A stretch of 64,000 bases of DNA from Bugula neritina (GCA_964035545.1 OZ037770.1:5900729-5964728); one strand, 5' to 3'; shown: positions 51,129 to 64,000, counted from the stretch's first letter. Notes: generated by a model from the sequence alone, not told the origin. Made by a program: numbers and translations.

Positions 51129-54100
51129 ATCATACACTAGAGCATTAGGTGATATTCAAGTATACTAATCACACAGTAATATGAGTGAAATAATACTGTG
51201 GAGCTCAAGGAATACACGACACAAAGCATTCCATATATCTTGAGATTCCAAGTTTTAATAACTCCTCTTCATATAGTCAATGGCATATAGAGTTTCGGGC
51301 GCAGATGCTGCATTGTAATAAATGAGAGAGGGGGAGAGAGAGAGAGAGAGGGAGAGAAAGAGGAAAAGGGGGAGAGAGAGGGAGAGAGAGGGGAGAGAAG
51401 GAAGAAATGCAGGGGGTTTTGGGTTTATGACTTTATGCTAGATGGTATACAGCACAACTGAATGATAGGCCAGCAACATTCCAGCTATGAGTACAGAATT
51501 CCGAGCAATGACAAAGGTCTTTAGGTTGTACCTGGCTTAGAAGACAATAATGTGTTGGAGTGCATGAGCCCTCTGGTAGACACCGATACCCCTGCTGTCG
51601 CCTTTCCAGTCACGTGGAGAGACGTAAATCTGACAACATATCACCATAGTTACAGTAATATAGTGCCATGACAACAGTACTATATGGCTATGGTAACAGT
51701 TATATATGCTGCACAGTATTTATTGCACCTACTAATTAGAGAGACAGTGATATACATATATTACATGTACCTACTAATTAGAGAGATAATGATATGCATA
51801 TATTACATAAACCTACTAATTACAGAAATAATGATATGTATGTATTACATGCATCTACTAATTATAGAGATAATGATATGCATATATTACATGCACCTAC
51901 TGATCAGAGAGATAATGATATGAATATATTACATGCACCTACTAATCAGAGAGATAATGATATGCATATATTACATGCACCTACTAATCAGGAGACAGTG
52001 ATATGCATATATTACATGCACCTACTGATCAGATAGACAATCAGCGTGTGAGAAATAGTCGGCAGCCCGTCTGGCATCCTCCAAGCTAGAGAGAAACTGG
52101 GGGTAGTTGTGGTGGAGGCAAAGTGTATAGTAGTCAGGAGAAACCTTTGAGTACTCAAACACCTGGAATATTCAGTGTAGAATAAGTCAACATCATTCTA
52201 TACTCTAGCAAAGTAAGCGTGTGACGCATGAGAAGAGATTATGAGAAAAAGTTGAAGTTCAGCTGAAATTTTAACAAGTAGAGAACTGGCTGGAAAAGAC
52301 AATTTCTAAAATAGTTGCATCTATTGGTTTGTTGAATATTCCCTATCCAAGGGTCACATTGTTAGACAGAGATTCGGGGAAAGAAACAGCTACAACTGCG
52401 GAGCCCTGTATCTCCAGTGCCTGTTACAGCAAGCTATTGGGTTTAATTTCTGAGACGCTGTTTAAGTGTGTTGAGTATATCAAACAAACATTATTTAGTG
52501 AATGTCAATTGGTTGAGTTGCCTTACTCATTGCACCAACCAGGATTACAATTCCATAGGAATTGATAGGCAATTCAAATTTCAAAATTCAAATTAAATAA
52601 AAATATTGTTAAACTATGTTAGTAAATCAAGTATGACAGGTTGACTTCATTTTCATTGGCTAGCAGAGTAGATTCTTTCAAACTATTGGATAGCATAACT
52701 CCAAATATGTTGAGGACAAGGAGAAAGTCACATGATGTAATGAATTAACCAATCAGCAAACTGGTTACATAATAGACAGCACTCACCTGTTCGGGGTTAA
52801 ATGCCATGTCACACCTGGCATGATGCATCAGGTGAGATGGCAACTTTGACTCAATGTCACTCTTACTTTCTTTCCTCTTGCAGTAAAGCACTTTTCCGAG
52901 AGCTCTAAATATAAGGAGAGATGGGTCTTTCTGATAGTCATATCGGGAGGGATTTTTCTCTGCCTTTGACCTGGCAGAGGTGCTGGTGCTTCTCTTCCCT
53001 TTACCTGTAGATAACTATTCTGGGGTTAATTGTATGGAGATGCTACTTTAGTTTACCAAGTCTATACTAGTGGCTGCTGATAGTTATTAGTGAGCTGCAT
53101 GGAAGGGAGTCTGGATATACCACCCTCAAACCTGATGCCAACATAGTGACAGACCTCAGCCTACTGAATGTCCTTACAATGGCTGCTTTTCACAAGGATG
53201 GATTTCATACCTGTTTATGAGATCTAATAATGCTACAAACTTTCTCAACATAATAGATATCACGACAGCAGTCCATCACTATAACTGCACTATGTACTTT
53301 AACTACTCACTATAACTACACTATGTACTTTAACTACTCACTATAACTGCACTACGTACTTTAACTACTCACTATAACTATACTGTGTACTTAAACTGCT
53401 CACTATAACTGCACTACGTACTTTAACTACTCACTATAACCACACTATGTAGACCTACAAGCACTTCAACAATTAATAAATGTCAATAACAATTAGTAAT
53501 TTCAAAAGATTTTCAATGGTAAAGTAATTGGAAGAAGTAACTGCAAATGGTTTTAGTTTATACAGTAATATATATGGAAGATAAATTCTACATAGCTGGA
53601 GTATAAAATACTACTAGGAAAACCACCAATCTAACAGAACCCCACATCCAGGCATTTGGCAAAGAAATGAGGTCTGGAAAAACTTAAAGGTTGCATGCAA
53701 GAATCATTCTATAAGCAGCCCAGAGCTGGGGGTGATTGAGTACAATAGTTTGGAGTGAGGTTCAAGTCGGAACTTGAAATCCCCGTCACCTGAACTTGAG
53801 AATTCCAAATTATTGTACTCAATCACCCTCAACTCAGGGCTGCTTATAGAATGATTCATGCATGCACAGTTACACATAATACATTAAATTTTACAATTAT
53901 ATGGGTATCCAGTACAGCATGAAACTCAACAGTTACCCACGTATTTGAGGGTTGGCTCGGAGGTGCAACAAGAGAAAAGACATGATTAGGTGAAATGAAA
54001 GGTCGAACCCCTCCCCTACGTACAATTGATTCTGCTACAACATCCTAATAGAACAAGCTTACAGAATTGGTAGACATTGACCAAATTAAACTAGTGAAAC

Positions 54101-57100
54101 AAGGTTTTTTAAACGATATTTTCCGGTGGCAAAAAAATAAAACTCACAAATACCAGGTGCAAGTCAAAATGCAACACTGAAACAGGGCAGGAGCTGATAG
54201 ACCTACCAGAGGCTGAGAAGCTAGATTTTGAGCGCACTTTTCTTTCACTGTGGTTTGATTGAGTGTTTGAGAAGGAAAACTGTAGAGTATTGATGGCAGT
54301 TCTTATGTCACCATCACATGACTCAGATAAGTTATCTATGAAGTCTCGAGGAATATGCAGGTGACGTTCAGCCTCGGATATTCTGTTTAACGCACGCTTT
54401 ACATCCGTCTTGGGAATCGGGTTGAAGTCGAAATGTTTAATATTGAGTTCTGACTTAAGTGCCTCGGGGAACATTGTGCGCTCTGAGACAGTACCTACAA
54501 GGAGCAGCGTGTAGACAGTACTACCTACAAGGTGTAACATGTAAACAGTATCTACAAGGTGTAACATGGAAACAGTACCTACAAGGTGTAACATGGAAAC
54601 AATTGCTGTAAGTGAATTGATGAAACTCACCTGAAGTATTGAAGATGATGACAATGAGGTGCCTAGCAGTTTTGTTACATAGCCTAAGTTTATTATGCCA
54701 GTCGGCGGCTGCTTTGAGATACACGCTAGGAATGTCCTCAACAAGGACAATTTGATGAGTAGGAGCTGAGTCTACAGTACCAACTGACAGCGGCAAGGCG
54801 TTGTACCTGCATAGAAATTAACTTGATATAATACGTAATTCTTACGTACTCCGGCTTCAACTGTCTTGAGAAAAATATCAGAATACCAACATAACAACTA
54901 GGTTATTGCGTCTAGAGATCTGCACACAACTCCACCAGTACAAAACTGTTGAAATACAGTTGACTATGGGTGAATAATCTCTACAGACATACTTGGTGGC
55001 TCTCGTAAGGAAACTTTCAAAGAGAGATCCTTGAGATTGATATTCAATGTAGTTATCTCCCCTGTGTTCTACTGGGACATAATCAGAGTATTCTCCATTC
55101 CATAGGACAACGGAGCAGCTGAGCTCTTTGGCAATAGCTTCTATGGCAGCTGTCTTTCCACATCCTAAATAATACCAACCAGTATGTATTAGTATATAAT
55201 ATACAGTAGTACGTATTAGTATATAATATACACTAGTACGTATTAGTATATAATATACAGTAGCACGTATTAGTATATAATATACACTAGTATGTATTAG
55301 TATATGATATACACTAGTATGTATTAGTATATATGATACACTAGTATGTATTAGTATATATGATACACTAGTATGTATTAGTATATAATATACACTAGTA
55401 TGTAATAGTATATAATATACACTAGTATGTATTAGTATATAATATACAGTAGTATGTATTAGTATAGAATATACAGTAGTATGTATTAGTATATAATATA
55501 CACTAGTACGTATTAGTATATAATATATACAGCACGAGAGTTCATGTACTAAGGAAGCTATATTACTGGTCCAAATATCAAACGATAGGTAATGAGAAGA
55601 TCATTTAACAATTATTTCTTAAAAAACACAAAAGTTAGTCTTATATGATGAGACACAGTACCAGGTGAGACATATTACCAGCTGGGACATATTACTAGGT
55701 GGGACATATTACTAGGTGAGACACAGTACCAGGTGAGACATATTACTAGGTGAGACCCAGTACCAGGTGAGACATATTACTAGGTGAGACACAGTACCAG
55801 GTGGGACATATTACTAGGTGAGACCCAGTACCAGGTGAGACATATTACCAGGTGAGACATATTACTAGGTGAGACATATTACTAGGTGAGACCCAGTACC
55901 AGGTGGGACATATTACCTACAGAGATGTACTGTAGGCCTACCTGAAGGACCGGTAAGAAGTAACAACTTAGAGTCCTGTTTCTGAATATTGCTCTTTAAA
56001 AACTGCTCTATCCATATTTTCAGTTGCAAGATCTTCGCTTTATTTCCTGAAACCTAACAAAGAATAAAATCACAGATAAAAGTGTTCTTGTTGATTAAAA
56101 ACATATTTTAGCATAATAAAGTTTATACTAAGAAATCATGACTGGGAATAAAACTGCTTGCTAGGCACATAGTGAAAGTTAACTATCTCAACTATAGCTC
56201 TTTACGACAACTTTGCTTTATGAGTAATAATGACTAGAGTGACTCGGAAATCTACATACTAGTAAATCAAGCAACTTTAAGCAACATGATGGCTGACAGA
56301 TGTTTTAGTAAATGATAACACCAATCAGCTGTGTACTAATAGTGCGCATGCACTAGGCTATGACTTCCAATCTCAGTCGGGTGTCAGCAATGACTGGTAG
56401 AAGCAGAAACCTTTTAGAACATATTGTCAGCATGATAAGATATGAAGTCGCTTCAAACTCAAATGCCAGGCCGAAGATCATGACGTAGGTGCAGTAATGG
56501 AGAATTTTGGAAAAGCCTGCATTATCGATTTGAAAATTAGCAAAAGCAGTTATATTTTTCGCTTAACCTACCTTATTAAAATTTCTCCTCTACTGCACCT
56601 AAATGAAAATCTTTTGCAAAATTTAGATCTCTGCATTTAAGTGTATAAATTCCACAATCATAATCTTGCTACTAGTAACTACATAAATCCATGTAACACT
56701 TTAATTGTATAATACAGAAATGAAACTGTTGTTCATCTCCTGATGCATTTTTGACTAAACATTTGTTTTACTTGCTATGTTCAAATGCACAAACGTATAA
56801 TAAAAATATAAAACTAAATTTTAATTTAAGAAAATATGTTATAAATCACATGAGGTAGTAACATTTCTAATTGATGTCAAAGGAACATGCAAGATGTCAC
56901 AACTCCTTCTCGCTGTTGACATGTTGCTACAAACCTCAGCACATGTCTTTGGCTTGTATTTGCTCAACCACAACGCCTTGTCACAGTCATCTGATTTAAC
57001 TTTGTTCGGAAGTACAACCTTTCGCCTCTTTCGACAATTTTTTCCTACTTTGTTTAATGATTCGACAGAGTGCTTGAAAGAAACTTCAACTACATCGTCG

Positions 57101-57132
57101 TCATCAGAAAACGCATCAATCCACTCACCCAT
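49602..57132 (-). CDS. RAD17: Cell cycle checkpoint clamp-loader RAD17 (11 exons, ~591 aa)
   Basis: Exons 57132-56935, 56053-55942, 55164-54993, 54806-54631, 54494-54207, 53004-52787, 52162-52026, 51629-51532, 51046-50908, 50089-49956, 49705-49602; phases consistent. Motifs WLSKYKPKT, Walker A GPSGCGKT, IVLVEDIP, FNPI, GDIRTAINTLQF, FRALGKVLYCKR, LHHNY, STRGLMHSN, PLHKPFW and acidic tail DDPEEFFIEDSF*. Confidence 0.93.
50715..50855. repeat. Intronic minisatellite (tatagtgacatgtaatacaggtggatac)
   Basis: About 3 imperfect copies. Confidence 0.85.
51048..51126. repeat. (TA)n abutting the RAD17 exon 9 acceptor
   Basis: Direct. Confidence 0.95.
51722..52033. repeat. 39-bp minisatellite containing the RAD17 exon 7 donor site
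   Basis: Unit gcacctactaatcagagagataatgatatgcatatattacat, ~8 copies. Confidence 0.92.
53278..53450. repeat. ~31-bp intronic minisatellite
   Basis: cactataactgcactatgtactttaactact, 5-6 copies. Confidence 0.92.
53692..53866. mobile_element. Hairpin MITE in a RAD17 intron
   Basis: ~60-bp arms tgcatgcaagaatcattctataagcagccc... / ...gggctgcttatagaatgattcatgcatgca. Confidence 0.8.
54487..54601. repeat. 27/30-bp tandem repeat of the RAD17 exon 5 acceptor
   Basis: acagtacctacaaggtgtaacatggaa units. Confidence 0.88.
55180..55530. repeat. 26-bp intronic minisatellite
   Basis: tagtatgtattagtatataatataca, ~13 copies. Confidence 0.93.
55650..55917. repeat. ~17-18-bp two-variant intronic minisatellite
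   Basis: aggtgagacatattact / aggtgagacacagtacc units, interspersed. Confidence 0.92.
56486..56601. mobile_element. Small inverted-repeat element
   Basis: taggtgcagtaatggagaattt / aaatttctcctctactgcaccta. Confidence 0.55.
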
Positions 57133-58439
57133 TTCATAATATTCTACAACAGTCGACACCCGAAAAAATAAATTGTCCCACAGTTATTTTTATTAAAAGC
57201 TAAACATAAAGCAGCCTGCTAACAAGAGTATGAAAATTACCAGAGTAAAACAATTGGATAAAAAATTTAAAAATTCATTTGATAGCCATTAAATACTGTG
57301 GTTATATGTTCTTTTTAGTATCATTCTGTAAGTTTTACTAATATCTAACCATTTATCAACATTCTAGAGAAATCCCAACGTTGTAATCAGAATATGGGGT
57401 TGATTATTGACTTAGATTCGGTCCTTTAAAGTCAAACTTGGGCTGTTAACCTCTAATGACACAAATTTCTTATGCAACAACCAATCCAAAAAAGTTAACA
57501 ACAGTCTTGAAAAGTTTACTTGCAGCCCAAATAAAAATTATTAAACAGAAGCTGTAGATAATTTTCTTTACAACAAAAGATATTACACCTTTATAAGTAA
57601 GTAGATGGTAATCTCATAGAAATGTGAAGTACTCAATGAACTCATGACTACAACCCCTTGCCCTTTTCAAAAGGGTAATATGGGGCCAATCTATTTTTGC
57701 AGATAACCAGTACTACAAAATGTAACTTTTCCGTTCTAAAAAGGAAAACTGCCTGTGCTGTGATACAATATAATATGCAGACTCAACAAACCCATAGCAT
57801 TCAGAATCGTGACACAGAGTGCTACTATACAATAGAAGCATTTGAGTAGTGTTTGGACCTCTGAAGTGACCAGGGATGCAAAGGCATGAGCAAGACCAAA
57901 AACTCCCAAAACATGTAGGGGGTAAAAACAAAGACTAACACTTTGGGCTGTAAAACTATGTAACAGCCAGCTTGACTTTTTACAGCATCTTGTTTGTTTA
58001 CATGAACCAAGTAATGAAATAAAGTAATGTAAAAGCCACCAATGACACTTCTAATAATCTTAGATGACTCGCCTGATGAGCGGCATCATAAAAACTATAA
58101 AGCTGATATAAGTCATTAATTTTTACAGGCTAACAGTAAGAAAAAAATTGTACCTCTAGCTAAAACTTAGTTTTTAGGTTTGCCCCAAGTTACTGTAAAA
58201 TTATTATCAACACTATTACATAATCTTATTTATACCGATACCCAGAGGAAAATATTACCAATGAAATTAAAAGATATTGCAACAAAAAGTAAATAATAAA
58301 AATTTAACCATGCACTACAATAGCTATTAATTTTCAATAAATGAAATTCAAAATAGATATAAATACTTGATTGCACAAATAAATTACACCAAATTGCTGA
58401 AAGAATAGACTTGGCCGCAGGCACAACTCCAGGTCAAAT

Positions 58440-59095
58440 TAATCTACCTGCTACCGGTACTATGCAATCCAGTACCACCCAAGTTCTAATGCATAAACAG
58501 GTAGATGTTTCAAATCAGGGACTACGGTCAGTGTCAATAACTACCGCCCAATATCCTTGACCAGCGTCCTTTGCCAGATTTTGGAACACATCATCCTGAG
58601 AAATCTGTTAGAAAATATTGACACAAAGCTTAGCAACAGGCAGCATGGTTTCAGAATAAGCCTCTTCTGTGAGACGCAGATCTGTGCAACTATGCATGAC
58701 ATTCTGTACGCTATCAACAACCAAAAGACTATCCATGCTGCTGTGCTAGACTCTACCAAGGCATTTGATCGGGTCCCACACGCCCTTCTGTTACAAAAGC
58801 TTTCTTAAATTGCCGATGTTGACAATCATCTCCTACGTTATGTTCACAACTTTCTTACAGGCAGAAAGCAGTGTGTTGTGTTACAAGGCTGCAGCTTCGA
58901 TCCAAAGCCAGTTTGCTCAGGTGTACCACAGGGATTGGTGTTAGGGCTGGTTTTTTTCCTAGTCTCTATAAATCATTAAATGGTCTTCCTGAGTGTCTCA
59001 ACAGCTCTTGTGCTCTTTTTGCCGTTGACACACTCGTTTACCATGAAGTTTCCTTATTGGAAGACTGTAAGAGATTTCAGTAAAACTTGGAGATA
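58440..59095 (+). mobile_element. Non-LTR retrotransposon RT fragment (CR1/L2/Jockey-group-like), decayed
   Basis: NYRPISLTSVLCQILEHII..QHGFR..LDSTKAFDRVPH..SGVPQG..LFAVDT, with stops and frameshifts. Confidence 0.9.
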
Positions 59096-59331
59096 ACATC
59101 GGCAGGTATCGACAGGTAGGCCTATCAGTATCACTGTCAGTATCAGGATGAGTATCATCATCAGTATCAGTATCACTATCACTATCAGACAATGAGACGT
59201 CAGTAATTTACTTTTAGTATTACTATTACTATTAGTACTTCTATTAATATTATCATTATAATTATCATTATGGTATTGATTATTATTAATATTATCCAAT
59301 TTAATTTGATATATAATTATTAATAAGAATA

Positions 59332-59445
59332 ATTAATATTAATTAATTTATTAAATAATATAAATATACTTATACTATAAGTATATTTATATTATTTAAT
59401 AAATTAATTAATATTAATATCTATAAGTTATAGATATTAATATTA
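59332..59445. repeat. Two overlapping perfect AT-rich palindromes
   Basis: 43-bp arms around c59375 (59332-59418) and 18-bp arms around g59427 (59409-59445). Confidence 0.9.
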
Positions 59446-60995
59446 TTATAACCAACGCCTAGCAATAATAATTATAATGATGAAATTTAAAATATCATTA
59501 TTAGTATTAGTAATACCAAGTATAACATTCTAAAATGTCAAACTAATTCAAAAAGTTGAACTTAAAAGTTACTGTCATAAGCCTAAGGATAATGATTACT
59601 AGCATAAATGAAATTGTGCCCACTGCAGTTAAAGTTAGTAGACGATCGTTAGATGCAGCACAATATAAACTATCGCTAAACCCAGTAATATTATACGTAA
59701 TCATCATTGAAAGAAGAAATAACTCCCAACTTCAAACACCCAACCGCGATCCACTACTATCAATGACCCCGTACTTGTGCTGCATCAAGCGATTTCTAAG
59801 TTTTGACGCTCAATGATAGAAAGTAAAAGAAATGGAACAGCTTATGTTCTGAAAGCAGAAACAAAGATTATTTATTCACAGAAAACATCCAATAGAAGTA
59901 AGATAGATTTCAGGAATCACAATATAATTTTATTGAAACTTCCTGCTGTTTATGGGATAAGGGGGAAGGTTATTATAATATTGTTTCCACTTTCAGTATA
60001 TATAAAGTTGCAAGATAACCAAGTGATGAAGCTGTGGGATACTTTTAATGTTCTGGTCATAGGATAAGAAGCAGATAATTATATATAGTAAATGTTATAT
60101 GCTGATAGGTTCTAGTACCACATAATTTCATGAGTTCAGATTACACTTTGCAAGAGTTCACATATATACTTCGAAATTTGAACAAAATAATACATTTCAG
60201 AAATTGAAAATTTTCTTGTAAAAACTGTTAGTACCATGCACATAGTGGAAACACTGTGTTTCCAAGAAACTGTAGCAGTAATTATAAAATTTATATATTA
60301 CCTATTATTTTCATCCGCAAAAAACATACGCGAACACACACACACACAACTAAATATGTTACTCTAGTAAATTGTGGAGTGTATATAAACTCCAATTATA
60401 TAAATAAAAAGTCTAGTCTATATATTATGTAGTGTATTTCCTAGAATAATATTGTACACGTTTTATATTTTGTTTACAATTCTCTTATAGAATTCTTTTA
60501 TAAGAATAACATGCCTTTAATACTAGACTTCGAATAAATATTTAGTTTCTTCGTATTGTAATTGCATATCATTTTTAATTTGCAATAATGTTTCCTATAA
60601 TTAATGTTATTGCAGTATCCTGCCTTTGTTTTCGGAGTTGTCTGTCTTTAAATGTTCTGTTTCTATGGTTGGACAACTCTGATTTATGTTTGCTGCACAC
60701 CAATATTTCCACCAGGAAGTTACAGGGTAGCATATTGTGAGCCACTTTAACATAATATATATATGCACATTAGTAAACTCCTCTAAGTTTTGTCACTTGC
60801 TGAAGACACCAATGACGCAAATCTTTGCAAATCAGATAAAATTATGACTTGATACGACTAGTCTTGGGTTTCCCACCACACCTTGGCCTCAACAATTTGC
60901 TTCAAAATAATGTTAGACCTCAAGGAATACATTATATATATAGTTTAGAATTTAGATTATTAATGTCAGTGCCTGTACATGTCCTGATGTCCACA

Positions 60996-61200
60996 GTGTT
61001 CGGTAGAAATGGCATGGTAAAACTGACACAGGTAATAAAGGCACATTTTCAAAATATTAGGGTTTAAAGTGAGTTAGGTGTTTGGGGGTTTGAAATTGGG
61101 GTTTAAGTTTGGTTTGAGTTTAGGGTTCTGGTAACTTTAACATCAATGTGCCAATTTTTCGATTTGCGCCACACCACCAGTGCCATTTTTACCTAGAACC
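60996..61200. mobile_element. MITE with internal degenerate ttagggtt-like repeats
   Basis: Inverted ends ggtagaaatggca / tgccatttttacc. Confidence 0.55.
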
Positions 61201-61289
61201 ATATTTTGTTCTCGTCCCCCCCAGCCCACCTAGCAGATAGAAATTGTGAACGCTACATAACATAGTTTTAGTATTTCATACACATTTTG

Positions 61290-61883
61290 AATGAGCTCCA
61301 GGAGTTCTCTGAGAGAATGGATGACCAGTTTGGTAGAGATGATGTAATGATGGATTTGACTCTCAATGGTTAGTACCTAGCAGTGTGAATCATTGTGACT
61401 TTGAATCTACTGTTAGCATTGGGAACAGATAACTCTTATACAACTTATTATCTGTATATTTAAAGCTTTATTTAAACTTGCTTTTAAATAGTGGGATTTA
61501 ACTTCACGAAATCTTAGAATTGACTTGTTATCACATTAACTGAAAACAGAATCTCAATAATAATGATGACTGGCAAACAAAGAGAGCGGCAGCCCGCAGC
61601 AGCATTTACTTTATACTTTGTAGAGGATGTGACATCACACAGTGGTGAATCTGGTGAAATGTGCAACACTTCAACTAGTAGTGTTCAAGATGACCCTGAA
61701 GAATTTTTTATTAAACACTTGCCTTAGTCCCACCACATTATTTGATTATTGTTAATTATCCTTTTTATAATATATTAATTACTTTACATAAACTTAATAA
61801 ATTTTAGAGTATACATATTTTTTTATTCAATAATTCGAGTAGATATAAAACAAAGATTTGAGTAAATGTTTTATGATGACCTC
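61290..61883 (+). pseudogene. Inverted partial duplicate of the RAD17 3' end (exon 10, intron, exon 11, 3'UTR)
   Basis: Matches the reverse complement of 49444-50089 including the intron; ~55-bp deletion in the exon 10 copy and an altered tail. Confidence 0.9.
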
Positions 61884-62554
61884 ACGGTCAATAATTATAT
61901 GCATAATGATGAAAAAGCAGACACTTAGCCAGTAATACAAATTCTATAACGGTATAAATGTGGCCAACATTGCACATCAACACAAGCCCTCTTAAAAAGT
62001 CAACAATGCCATCAAAATAAAAAATGTCACATAATATGGAGGAAAAGTTATTGAAGGAAGTATGTAAATTTGCTCAACCTAAATGATCTCAACAGTAGAA
62101 TATAAACTAATCACTACAAGCTTAACTTTCAGTCTCACATCTATAGTTAATATTAGGACAGAAATAACGCCTGCTCTTAGGTCTGAAAAAGCAGAAGCAG
62201 TACGTGAAGCTTCTGGCACATGCAATAGAAAAAAGGTAGAGTTTGAGAAAGGCTAAGAAGTGTACTAGTATTTCAATCTAATATCTGGGAGTGAACCAAA
62301 CTCGTTGCTACTTTAGAATGTGTAGAAGAATGTCTAGCAACAATTTCTCAACACTTACTCGAGTAGCAAAGAAAGGAATGATTGATATTTGCATCTTCAT
62401 TGAAGGAAAATTTTAAGCCTTTTGCAATGCAGCTATACCTGTATATAAATAATAAACTGTTTGGTCAAGAAATCTCAATCTCCCAGAAGTGTATATGTAA
62501 ATGGTGTTGACTCGTAGGCTGGGAGAATAGTAACTAGACTAACTGAGCAGGGGA

Positions 62555-64000
62555 TTACAATCTCTCGTACTCATCTACTCTCTTCTTAGTGTTGCCCTTT
62601 CTAATGTCCCTCAAAGTCTTGTATTTATCTCGCCCTGCAAGTACAATTCATCTATAGTTGATATGACTGAGCAAAGTCAACTGTGAGACTGTACCTGAAA
62701 TAAACTTAACATATCTTCCATAAGAGCCAGTACCTAACATAATATACTCAATATGTATCGTATGAGACCCTTTACTTTCACTCTACTAAGCAAAGTCGCA
62801 GCTATTAGTTGCAGCTACTAGTCTAGAGGTTAAAAGGTCAGATTGGCCCACCTTGTGCCACATTTTCGATGTGGATCTTATCCTCGGCCGTCTGTTTAGA
62901 AGAGTCCTGAGAAATCTTCAGCTCACTCTTCAAATCCTGTAACAGTGTTCTACAGAGTTAGGTTGTGTTTACACTTCCACAATGTTCAGCCAGAAATTCA
63001 ATTTGGCCGAGTTGAAATTTCTCCAAGTTGCATTGCACAGTAAAAGCCACCAGTCAATATTTTTGTACTGTGATTACTCAATTGGCCGAGTTCAGAATAA
63101 TACTCAAAGGGAATAATAACTCCTTGTAAATATCAGTATTTAATTATGACTTTGGCGACTAGATAACGTACTTATATGTTCGTAATTATACCGGCTACGC
63201 TTTTATGCTGTTAACTTTACTAATCCACGACGTTTTTTAAAGGGCATCAGATAGCGATTAAGCGAGTCATATTCCACGATTAAAATAAGTTTTCGCACTA
63301 ATATGATTTTAAGAAGTTTCAGTAAAGCTATAATGGGGTACTGGAATGAGTGAAATTAACCGAAATTCGAAACTTTTCTTCAGCAGAAACTTTAGTGGTA
63401 TTACATATACATTATATAAATTAATCCTGTAAACGTAATGACTTTTCTCATTAGGAGTAGTGAGTTAGAATTCAAGTGCTACGCAAGCGAGACACCATAC
63501 ACCAAGACGGAAAGCATGAACAGGTTGCGAAGTTCATCTTCTTAAACACGTGTTAGACATTAAAACCCACTGGCAGTGATTTATATTCCAACAAGGGTAA
63601 ACAACTACTTCATATTTCAATACAAAAAAAGGGCAGACGATTACTGTACCTCCAACTGCTTTTGAAGCCTGGCATTCTTAGCCTGCAGAGTCTCTCTTTC
63701 CTCCTCGGGGCGGGGTACATCCTCCTCCCCAACCTGAAGCTCTGCAGTGTAGTCGTCATTCTCATCATGGTCATCTCCTGCATTACATGTGCATCAATTA
63801 GAAGTCATGGGGGAGGGGAAGGGGAGTAGATAAAACAACTGATGACAGCTCAGCAATGACGTACCTTCATTTAGTAATGACTTACAACTATTCAGTTTTG
63901 ACATTTCTCCCTTGAGCATTGATTTACAATTAAGCAATGACTCACCCTCGTTCATATAAAGATTGGCAGGACTGGCCAACTTCTCTTCCAGCTCTCTCTT
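62555..64000 (-). CDS. ERM family (moesin/radixin/ezrin-like) protein, last four coding exons; gene continues beyond the window
   Basis: Exons >64000-63946, 63777-63650 (..[19 protein letters not shown]), 62936-62852 ([28 protein letters not shown]), 62634-62555 ([26 protein letters not shown]), the C-ERMAD actin-binding tail with the regulatory Thr. Confidence 0.95.

Noticed and set aside
52329-52565. 78-aa plus-strand ORF in a RAD17 intron
   Set aside because: Non-ATG start, no recognisable motif and no splice support.
55650-55917. Repeat-spacer-like pattern
   Set aside because: Only two alternating unit variants and no unique spacers; it is a minisatellite.
61055-61130. Interstitial telomere
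   Set aside because: The ttagggtt-like words are few, degenerate and enclosed by MITE TIRs.

Overview
AT-rich animal (invertebrate-like) nuclear DNA with spliceosomal introns; it is not prokaryotic. By manual splice reconstruction the window holds the following. (1) Two tandem minus-strand paralogues of an unnamed single-pass receptor: signal peptide, divergent SUEL/Gal_lectin-like domain, CUB-like domain, Thr-rich stalk, TM helix and a Tyr-motif tail built from duplicated 60-nt exons. Copy A (~0.65-6.15 kb) is frameshifted by a 7-bp duplication. Copy B (~11.7/19.2-45.2 kb) is open but split by a 20-kb intron. (2) A decayed Ty3/Gypsy element (~12.7-18.5 kb) interrupted by a PIF/Harbinger-type MITE and apparently carrying a spliced zinc-finger ORF at its 3' end. 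(3) A complete 11-exon RAD17 gene (49602-57132, minus) whose introns are filled with minisatellites, several seeded on splice sites. (4) An inverted ~600-bp copy of the RAD17 3' end next to the last four exons of an ERM/moesin gene, suggesting a staggered-break inversion. (5) A hAT element, several MITEs, two LINE fragments, and micro- and minisatellites. The best candidate for an undescribed system is the diversifying lectin-like receptor pair with a modular phosphotyrosine tail (immune or allorecognition-like; the function is inference). All coordinates were read by eye and no database searches were run.
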